From NCBI GenBank assembly GCA_003568775.1, contig MWMI01000003.1, positions 1-32,000 of the forward strand: a DNA stretch of 32,000 nt, in the 5' to 3' direction. The position numbers and the translations under genes are program-made. The notes under the pieces are model-generated. The model was not told the origin of the DNA and did not search any database. It saw only the letters and a program-made list of their open reading frames with translations. This document shows positions 26,042-32,000 of the stretch, one piece after another; position 1 is the first letter of the stretch, and each line of letters begins with the position of its first letter. The DNA is from Candidatus Nanoclepta minutus (GTDB lineage Archaea > Nanobdellota > Nanobdellia > Nanobdellales > Nanobdellaceae).

Positions 26042-27219
26042 TTAACCTCTCCTACTCCGAATAAGGACCATCTACTACCAGTTTTTGCTAAAATTACAGA
26101 TTTATTTCCAGTTTTTGCTATTAAAGGTTTTGATAACTTAACTAAGATCTCATTACCGCTTTTTTTCAATATTATACCTCTGGAGACTATGTTGTATACA
26201 GTTACAAGTATCTCCTCACCTTCTTTTAAGTTCCTATCTTTTTTAATCTGTTCATACTCTATTGTCAGTCTATCTACGGGATCAGGTAGGTCACCAACTA
26301 GACCTACTATCTGTCCAGATAATGTATCATCTTTCGTTAAAAAAGGATCTAGATAAGTTTCAATGCTTGAAGTTCCCCCCGGAATTATTTCCTCTACCCT
26401 CTCATCTCCCTGCATTAAGTTTTTTATTTTTGTTTTTATAGTAACCCATTTATTATTTATAAATAATCCAGGTTTAATCTCTATTTCATCTCCAACTTTA
26501 AATTTACCTTGCATTACACTTCCGCCAAGTACGCCTCCCTTTAAGTCTTCTATTTCACTACCAGGTTTATTTACATCGAAAGATCTGCTTGCTAGGAATA
26601 TAGGTTTCTCTTCTATGTTCCTTTTTGGAGATGGGATGGTAGCTAACCATTCTAGTATATATTCTATGTTGATCTCGTTTATTGCTGAGATAGGTATTAT
26701 AGGTATATTCTTTTTTATACCAACAGATTTTAACAGATCCTGTATTTTTTTATAGTTTTCAATTGCTTCTTCCTTTTTTAGTAGGTCTATTTTATTTTGA
26801 ACCACTAGAAGGGGTTTGTCTCCTAAAAGTTTGAATATAAGTAAATGCTCAAGTGTTTGTGGTTGTGGAACCGGTTCGTTTGCAGCAATGACTAGTATTC
26901 CTGCATCTACTATTGCTGCACCGGATAGCATTACGGAAAGTAGAGCCTCATGTCCAGGGACATCTAAAAGGGAGATCTTCCTTATGAAGTCCGTCTCTTT
27001 TCCACATATAGGACATCTGTCCTTTGTTGTATATCCATGTTCCTGACATTTATATATACTGAAGTTGGCATAACCAAGCTTTATGGTTAACCCCCTCTTC
27101 AACTCTTCCGAATGTTTTGCTATCCATCTTCCAGTAAAAGCTTTTGCTAGAGTAGTTTTTCCATGATCCACATGTCCCAATATTACTATGGATAAATCAG
27201 GATATACTTTATTACTCAT
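26038..27219 (-). CDS. eif2g: Translation initiation factor aIF2 gamma subunit
   Basis: GHVDHGKTTL, DVPGHE, NKIDL and the zinc knuckle CQEHGY....CPICG; 393 aa. Confidence 0.95.
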   Translation of the reverse strand: MSNKVYPDLSIVILGHVDHGKTTLAKAFTGRWIAKHSEELKRGLTIKLGYANFSIYKCQEHGYTTKDRCPICGKETDFIRKISLLDVPGHEALLSVMLSGAAIVDAGILVIAANEPVPQPQTLEHLLIFKLLGDKPLLVVQNKIDLLKKEEAIENYKKIQDLLKSVGIKKNIPIIPISAINEINIEYILEWLATIPSPKRNIEEKPIFLASRSFDVNKPGSEIEDLKGGVLGGSVMQGKFKVGDEIEIKPGLFINNKWVTIKTKIKNLMQGDERVEEIIPGGTSSIETYLDPFLTKDDTLSGQIVGLVGDLPDPVDRLTIEYEQIKKDRNLKEGEEILVTVYNIVSRGIILKKSGNEILVKLSKPLIAKTGNKSVILAKTGSRWSLFGVGEVK

Positions 27220-27250
27220 ATTTATGAATTATAGAGATTTCTTTAAAAAA

Positions 27251-27297
27251 TCAGTTATGAAGGTTCATCATTTTTCAGAAGCGTAATGCCTCATCCT
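27251..27297 (-). ncRNA. Candidate C/D-box sRNA (2'-O-methylation guide)
   Basis: The minus strand reads AGGATGA(C)-GGCATTACGCTT(12 nt)-CTGA(D')-AAA-ATGATGA(C')-ACCTTCATAA(10 nt)-CTGA(D)-TTTTTT. A TATA-like TTTTAAAAAATA lies 22-33 nt upstream. The C box has one mismatch to RUGAUGA, and one spacer is 10 nt rather than 12. Confidence 0.4.
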
Positions 27298-27334
27298 ATA
27301 GTATTTTTAAATTTTTCTTATTTTTTAAAATATC

Positions 27335-27529
27335 ATGGGTCGTATCCTTCATGGTAAATTTAGAAAAGCTGCTGAGGAAATCTTAAAAAAATACGAAGAA
27401 TTTTTTACTGGAGATTACTACAAAAATAGAAAGATATTGGAGGAAGTTTCAAATATACCCTCAAAGAGGTTGAGAAACCTAATAGCAGGCTATATTACGA
27501 GAAAAATCAATAAATTACAAGTTTCATGA
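27335..27529 (+). CDS. rps17e: 30S ribosomal protein eS17 (S17e)
   Basis: 64 aa with MGRI...KF.K.A..I...Y...FT.DY..NK and [15 protein letters not shown]. Confidence 0.8.
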   Translation: MGRILHGKFRKAAEEILKKYEEFFTGDYYKNRKILEEVSNIPSKRLRNLIAGYITRKINKLQVS

Positions 27530-27813
27530 TGGCGGAGGCAGGAGTCGTATACGTAGGAAACAAGCCGTTTATGAACTATGTAACAGCAGTAGTGATGCAA
27601 TTTACAAGCCAGGGAGCACACGAGGTTGTAATAAAGGCTAGAGGAAGGTTTATCTCTAGGGCTGTCGATGTAGCAGAGATCGTAAGGAAGAAGTTTTTGA
27701 ATGGACAGGTAGAGATAAAGAACATAAAGATAGATTCAGAGGAGCTTAACGTAGGAGAAAATAAGAAGAGAAGGGTATCCACTATAGAGATAGTCTTAGT
27801 TAGAGGCAAATAG
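27526..27813 (+). CDS. albA: DNA/RNA-binding chromatin protein Alba
   Basis: [43 protein letters not shown] and RVSTIEIVL; 95 aa. Confidence 0.9.
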   Translation: MMAEAGVVYVGNKPFMNYVTAVVMQFTSQGAHEVVIKARGRFISRAVDVAEIVRKKFLNGQVEIKNIKIDSEELNVGENKKRRVSTIEIVLVRGK

Positions 27814-27869
27814 AAACCTTTTAAGTAACTTTATATTTTTATTTTTTTATTTACTAATTCTATTTTTAT

Positions 27870-27944
27870 AGCGGGGTAGGGCAGCTAGGAGTGCCCGGGG
27901 GGCTCATAACCCCCAGGTCCCGGGTTCAAATCCCGGCCCCGCTA
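27870..27944 (+). tRNA. Initiator tRNA-Met (anticodon CAT)
   Basis: A1:U72 acceptor AGCGGGG/CCCCGCT. The anticodon stem GGGGG/CCCCC has the three G:C pairs next to loop CTCATAA. T arm CCGGG-TTCAAAT-CCCGG, discriminator A, no encoded CCA. Confidence 0.85.
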
Positions 27945-28011
27945 TTATATAAAATTTACTACTAAGTAAGAACATATTAATGGCTTTAAAATTATATTTG
28001 AAATATTTTAA

Positions 28012-29211
28012 ATGCTTATTGGAATAGTTGGAAAACCTAATGTCGGTAAATCTACTTTTTTTAAGGCTTTAACTTTTCAGGATGTTGAGATAGCAAATTA
28101 TCCTTTTACTACCCTCAAACCAAATGAAGGAGTGGCTTATGTAAGGGTAAAGGAAGTTTCTTATGAATTCGGATTAAAACCAAATCCAAAATATGGTTTT
28201 GTTAAGGGTAATTATCGTTTCGTTCCGGTTAAAGTTATGGATGTACCAGGTCTTGTTCCCGGGGCACATGAAGGAAGGGGATTGGGAAACAAGTTCTTGG
28301 ATGATCTGAGAAAGGCAAACGTGCTTATACATATAGTAGATATCGTTGGTTCTGTAGACGAGGAAGGCAGATACGTTGGACCCGGAAACTATGATCCCAT
28401 AAGGGATATAAAGTGGTTGGAGGAGGAGATAGATTATTGGTTTTATAGTATAATAAAAAGGAATATTGAAAAGGAGATAAGATCAATGAGATCAGAGAAA
28501 AAAGATATAATAAAGGGATTAGCAGAAATTTTATCTGGGTTAGATATAAAGTTAGATCATATAGACAAAGCTTTTAGAGATATAGGAATAGGAAATGAAG
28601 ATTATGATGCTCTAGAGGATCAAGAGATACTATTCAAATTATCCTCAAGGATAAGGGAGGTTTCGAAGCCCATAGTAATAGCAGCAAATAGGATAGATAT
28701 AGATATTGATGTTGCAAAGAAGAACATCGACAGGATCAAGAGGGAGTATCCAAATAAGATGGTTGTTCCTACATCTGGTTATGCTGAGGTACTACTCAAG
28801 AAGTTAGATTTTGAGGGAAAAATAGAATACGTTTATGGTGATGGCGATTTTAAGATAGTAGGAGAACTTGATGAAAAGGAAAAGATAGCCTTAGAATTTA
28901 TAAGAGAAAAAATACTCAAAGATTTTGGATCTACTGGTGTTCAGAAAGCAATTGATAGCGCGGTCTTTGATGTATTAGGTTATATAGCAGTTTTTCCAGT
29001 AGCTACAGATAATTTAACTGATAGCAAGGGTAATGTATTACCTGATTGTTTTCTCCTTCCTAAAGGTAGTAAGGTTATTGATCTAGCTAATGAAATCCAT
29101 ACAGAGTTAGCGAAGAATTTTGTTAGAGCTATAGATATAAGAAGTAAAAAGTTTGTTGGTAGAGACCATGAACTAAGGAACCTAGACATAATAAGAATAG
29201 TTTCCCAGTAA
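28012..29211 (+). CDS. Obg-like GTPase of the YchF/Ygr210 type with C-terminal TGS domain
   Basis: G1 is GIVGKPNVGKST, G2 is YPFTTLKPN, G3 is DVPGLV, and the TGS-like end is LPKGSKVIDLANEIHTELAKNF...LRNLDIIRIV; 399 aa. Confidence 0.8.
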   Translation: MLIGIVGKPNVGKSTFFKALTFQDVEIANYPFTTLKPNEGVAYVRVKEVSYEFGLKPNPKYGFVKGNYRFVPVKVMDVPGLVPGAHEGRGLGNKFLDDLRKANVLIHIVDIVGSVDEEGRYVGPGNYDPIRDIKWLEEEIDYWFYSIIKRNIEKEIRSMRSEKKDIIKGLAEILSGLDIKLDHIDKAFRDIGIGNEDYDALEDQEILFKLSSRIREVSKPIVIAANRIDIDIDVAKKNIDRIKREYPNKMVVPTSGYAEVLLKKLDFEGKIEYVYGDGDFKIVGELDEKEKIALEFIREKILKDFGSTGVQKAIDSAVFDVLGYIAVFPVATDNLTDSKGNVLPDCFLLPKGSKVIDLANEIHTELAKNFVRAIDIRSKKFVGRDHELRNLDIIRIVSQ

Positions 29212-29245
29212 ATAGTTTAAAAAGTTAATTTTTAAAGTAAGTAAA

Positions 29246-29443
29246 ATGATATTTCCAGTTAGATGTTTTAGTTGTGGAAAACCAATAGGACATTTATGGT
29301 TTAAGTATAAGGAGCTTATAGAAAAAGGTAAAACACCAAAAGAGGCCTTGGATGAGTTGAAAGTAGAGAGGGTTTGTTGCAGGCAAATATTTTTAGGTCA
29401 TGTAGATTTAATAGAGGAAGTTTCTAAGTTTAAAAAGTGGTAG
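29246..29443 (+). CDS. rpoN: DNA-directed RNA polymerase subunit N (Rpo10)
   Basis: MIFPVRCFSCGKPIG, with a CC pair later (RVCCRQIF); 65 aa. Confidence 0.9.
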   Translation: MIFPVRCFSCGKPIGHLWFKYKELIEKGKTPKEALDELKVERVCCRQIFLGHVDLIEEVSKFKKW

Positions 29444-29513
29444 GGGCCGTAGGCTAGTGGCAGGCTTCCGGGTTCGGGTCCCGGAGATCGGGGTTCAAAT
29501 CCCCGCGGCCCCA
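29443..29513 (+). tRNA. tRNA-Pro (anticodon CGG)
   Basis: Acceptor GGGGCCG/CGGCCCC, D stem GGCT/GGCT (two G:U pairs), anticodon stem CCGGG/CCCGG with loop TTCGGGT (G37), 4-nt variable region, T arm CGGGG-TTCAAAT-CCCCG, discriminator A. The first base is the G of the rpoN TAG stop. Confidence 0.9.
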
Positions 29514-29519
29514 GGGGGT

Positions 29520-30047
29520 TTATCCAATTTTTTTAATAAAGATTTTGCCATCTTTTATTACTATATATCCTCTCTCCAAGAAATAATGCTTTTTACACAG
29601 TGTACCTGCAAAATATACATTAAATAGCCTAGACTTTCCCAATAGGTGGGAGTGGCCTATTACTATGGTATACCTATTGCTTTTTACTAAAAAGGAAACA
29701 ATTTCCTTAAGCAAAGACCTAGATATCTTGTAAAATATTTTTGCTATTATCTTTGTAAAAAATTCAGATATTAAATTAATATTATCTCCATGATATATCA
29801 GTATTTTATCAATTATTAGATATTTATAGCAGTTTATGTTGAATTTTTTCTCATTATCCCCGCATATTATCTCTATTTCATTTGAATAATTTTTTATAAT
29901 GCTTATTATTATATTATAGCAATCTTTACAATTTGCTATATCTCCAAGTAGAACTATTTTATCTGGCTTCTCTCCTTCAATTATATTTTTTATTTCATCA
30001 ATATTACAGTTTGGATAGTGGATATCGGAAAGCACTAATACCTTCAT
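29520..30047 (-). CDS. Calcineurin-like metallophosphoesterase
   Basis: LSDIHYP (DxH), LLGDI (GD), CGDNE, YHGD and IGHSH; 175 aa. Confidence 0.65.
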   Translation of the reverse strand: MKVLVLSDIHYPNCNIDEIKNIIEGEKPDKIVLLGDIANCKDCYNIIISIIKNYSNEIEIICGDNEKKFNINCYKYLIIDKILIYHGDNINLISEFFTKIIAKIFYKISRSLLKEIVSFLVKSNRYTIVIGHSHLLGKSRLFNVYFAGTLCKKHYFLERGYIVIKDGKIFIKKIG

Positions 30048-30799
30048 CTTCTTCTCTTACAGTATTCATCGATTGAGGCATGTATCTCCTTGTATAGGAT
30101 TGTTAATACCTGATTTTCATCTTCTTTTTCAATTATATCGAACGGGTTTAGTGGTAGATTATCGTTTGGCTCTCCATTATACTTTTCCCTTAATATTTCC
30201 TCTCTATTCAGTTTCTTTAGTTGTTGTATAATTACTCTCCTTATTTCATCAGCATTCCTCTTTATTTCCTCTTCTAGCATTTTCTTAGCTTTATTATAAG
30301 ATAATCCAGGGGTCTTTGTTATTTTATTTTCATAAAGAAGTTTTAAAGTATAAGAATCTATTACCATTTCAGGTTTTTCAGCAGCAAATAATAATATTGT
30401 ATCTGCAGTTTCATTTCCTATTCCCTTTATTTTTAGGATATTTTCCCTTAACTTCTCTTTTTGTTCTTTCTTAAACTCTGTTATATCTGAAAAATTTTCT
30501 ATAAAAAAATTATAAAAGTTAATTATAGTTTCATATTTTCTTTTCCTCATAGGAACTTTTATATCTTCTATTTTTAGATTGATTAGGTTATCTGGTGTAA
30601 AAATAAACCCTTTCTCTTTTAAGTAAGCTATGTTTCTTTCTACAAACTCCCATTTGGTATTTTGGGTTAATATTGCTCCAAGTATTACCTCAAGTTCCCA
30701 ATATCCTCCAGTCTTTTTATGGTAGTCTATATCTATAGGCCACCAAAATTGTAGTCCAACCTCATTTAGAACTTTTATTAAAAGTTCCCTAATATACAT
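30044..30799 (-). CDS. HhH-GPD superfamily protein, endonuclease III-related (COG2231-like), no Fe-S cluster motif seen
   Basis: WWP....ELEVILGAILTQNTKW, and the hairpin-helix-hairpin IKGIGNETADTILLFA. The ORF-track start at 30961 would overlap dcd by 158 nt and encodes low-complexity sequence, so I prefer the ATG at 30799 (MYIRELL). Confidence 0.7.
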   Translation of the reverse strand: MYIRELLIKVLNEVGLQFWWPIDIDYHKKTGGYWELEVILGAILTQNTKWEFVERNIAYLKEKGFIFTPDNLINLKIEDIKVPMRKRKYETIINFYNFFIENFSDITEFKKEQKEKLRENILKIKGIGNETADTILLFAAEKPEMVIDSYTLKLLYENKITKTPGLSYNKAKKMLEEEIKRNADEIRRVIIQQLKKLNREEILREKYNGEPNDNLPLNPFDIIEKEDENQVLTILYKEIHASIDEYCKRRR

Positions 30800-30803
30800 A
30801 TAA

Positions 30804-31415
30804 ATGATATTATCGGACAAAAAGATTAAAGAATATATAAAAAGTAGGAAGATTGTTGTAGAGCCATTCGATGAAAGTTTAGTTGGACCAGCTTCTCTAG
30901 ATGTTAGGTTAGGTTTTAAGTTTAGAGTTTTTAAAAACATAAACGTAGAGGCGATAGACATAAAGAGTTATAAGGAAGATGTCATTTATAGATCAGAAAG
31001 TAAGGATTATACGATACATCATGGAACATATTCAGACCTGATAATCGTTAAGGGAGAAAGCATTCCCATTATTGTACATCCCGGAGAGTTCGTTTTAGCG
31101 TCTGTTTATGAATATATAGAGCTCTCTAGGGATATAGCTGCGCAGATAAATGGTAGATCCTCTATTGGAAGGTTAGGACTTTTGGTTCATACTTCCGCCG
31201 GTTGGATAGATCCGGGATATGCTGGACATCTAACCCTTGAAATATACAATGTTAATAAAGTACCGGTTAAGTTGTATCCTCTAACGAAGATCGCCCAGAT
31301 AGTATTCTACGATCTTGGTGAGGGGGTAGAAGTTCCGTATGGTGAGAGGAAGTCTTCTAAATATTTTGGGGAAGATGGGGCAACGGAGTCCAGAATATCA
31401 GAAGATTATAAATAG
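30804..31415 (+). CDS. dcd: dCTP deaminase (possibly bifunctional dCTP deaminase/dUTPase)
   Basis: MILSDKKIKEYI, GPASLDVRLG, GRSSIGRLGLLVHTSAGWIDPGYAGHLTLEIYN. Confidence 0.9.
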   Translation: MILSDKKIKEYIKSRKIVVEPFDESLVGPASLDVRLGFKFRVFKNINVEAIDIKSYKEDVIYRSESKDYTIHHGTYSDLIIVKGESIPIIVHPGEFVLASVYEYIELSRDIAAQINGRSSIGRLGLLVHTSAGWIDPGYAGHLTLEIYNVNKVPVKLYPLTKIAQIVFYDLGEGVEVPYGERKSSKYFGEDGATESRISEDYK

Positions 31416-32000
31416 CTATTTCATAACTTCTTTTATCAAATAGTTTTTTATACTGGGCACTATATCGTAAATGTATCTCCCCTTCACCTTTGTCCTTATT
31501 AAGTATTTCGATTCTACCATCCTCCTCAATATGTTCGATAGAGCATGAAGGCTCATATCTTTGTACCTCTCTCTAACCATCTTTAACAGTTCATTTGCAG
31601 TTTTAGGTCCATATTTAACTATAATCTCTGCTATATATCTCTGTTTTTCTGTTAATTTCAGTATGGCCTCGGGAGGCCTCCTATCCTCATATATTTTCTC
31701 TACTATATCAACATCTACAACTTTTTTACCTTCTTTATAAGCCAATAGCAAGCATTCGTAAGATATCTTTAATATTTCCCTTGGAAAGCCACCTGCCAAC
31801 CTATAAATTGCATCTATAGCATTATCGGTAAAAAGGTTCGGGTTATTGGCATATGTTAATCTCTTTTTTATCAATTCCCTTCCACTTTCCGGATCTAAGG
31901 ATTTAAGGTAAATTTTCGTTGATATCCTTTCATAGAAAGTTCTGTGTTGTTTCAATAACCTCTCCTCAAATTCTGGTAATCCGGCCAGTACGAAAGTTGC
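31416..32000 (-). CDS. Orc1/Cdc6-like AAA+ ATPase, C-terminal lid plus winged-helix part; 5' end outside the window
   Basis: The reading frame is open to the window edge (..ATFVLAGLPEFEERLLKQHRTFYERIS..); the track's TTG at 31955 is internal. It has a sensor-2-like GGFPREILKISYECLLLA and a C-terminal wHTH (LTEKQRYIAEIIVKYGPKTANELLK...LIRTKVKGRYIY). An ExeA-type AAA_22 ATPase cannot be excluded. Confidence 0.5.
   Translation of the reverse strand, partial: ATFVLAGLPEFEERLLKQHRTFYERISTKIYLKSLDPESGRELIKKRLTYANNPNLFTDNAIDAIYRLAGGFPREILKISYECLLLAYKEGKKVVDVDIVEKIYEDRRPPEAILKLTEKQRYIAEIIVKYGPKTANELLKMVRERYKDMSLHALSNILRRMVESKYLIRTKVKGRYIYDIVPSIKNYLIKEVMK

Noticed and set aside
26363-27046. Two ORFs (130 aa and 76 aa) antisense to aIF2-gamma, and similar short antisense ORFs in the track (7603-7962, 8496-8998, 9171-9374, 11152-11373, 14061-14252, 14941-15440, 16115-16324, 16805-17017, 18805-19848, 20694-20933, 23523-23732, 27576-27809, 28980-29189)
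   Set aside because: All are nested in the opposite strand of genes with strong family signatures. They encode low-complexity or hydrophobic strings and have no independent promoter space.
30800-30961. The 54-codon N-terminal extension of the HhH-GPD ORF given in the track (start at 30961)
   Set aside because: It would overlap dcd by 158 nt on the opposite strand and encodes non-conserved sequence. The family-typical N-terminus begins at the internal ATG at 30799.
1-32000. CRISPR arrays, IS elements or transposases, rRNA genes, tRNA introns and split tRNA halves
   Set aside because: I saw no spaced direct repeats, no terminal inverted repeats with a transposase-like ORF, and no GC-rich islands other than the three complete, intron-less tRNA genes. 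The P/Q codon tract at about 17040-17170 is the one other stretch of locally higher GC.

Overview
This is an ultra-compact, visibly AT-rich archaeal chromosome segment. The only strongly GC-rich stretches are three tRNA genes with G/C-saturated stems, which is the pattern of a low-GC hyperthermophile. Almost every base is coding. Neighbouring genes overlap by ATGA or TAATG, and convergent genes overlap at their 3' ends.

Content is dominated by information processing:
- Replication and repair: RFC small subunit (carrying a 441-aa LAGLIDADG intein), RFC large subunit, RadB, and an Orc1/Cdc6-like AAA+ fragment.
- Translation: uL4-uL23-uL2-uS2, eS17, aRF1, aIF2-gamma, a CCA-adding enzyme, a short Dph2, a RIO kinase, NIP7-like and PUA proteins, and two Obg-class GTPases.
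- Transcription and chromatin: TFE, Rpo10/RpoN and Alba.
- Other enzymes: two TatD hydrolases, HIT, dCTP deaminase, an EndoIII-related HhH-GPD protein and two metallophosphoesterases.
- RNA genes: tRNA-Arg(TCT), initiator tRNA-Met(CAT) and tRNA-Pro(CGG).

Conserved archaeal operons are scrambled (L2 is followed by S2, and rpoN is isolated) and several proteins are shortened. By inference only, this points to a reduced-genome, probably host-dependent nano-archaeon (Nanoarchaeota/DPANN-like).

The least ordinary region is 16.3-22.0 kb. A long VirB11/FlaI-type ATPase and a FlaJ/TadC-type platform protein face a divergent operon of two coiled-coil proteins (one with a P/Q/Y-rich segment), a secreted Cys-rich protein and a TatD hydrolase. 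No pilin, prepilin peptidase or ArlH is present there, and a second orphan platform gene lies at 5.6-7.2 kb.

Other observations:
- A DRG-type GTPase is split by a frameshift at an A8 run.
- There is a candidate C/D-box sRNA in the aIF2-gamma/eS17 intergenic region.
- tRNA-Pro starts inside the rpoN stop codon.
- tRNA-Arg has a TATA-like element buried in the upstream CDS.
- A GG-terminated ThiS/MoaD-like ORF has no canonical start codon.
- Dph2 lacks its N-terminal domain.
- A phased GTTAA array sits in the largest non-coding gap.

No CRISPR array, IS element or rRNA was seen.
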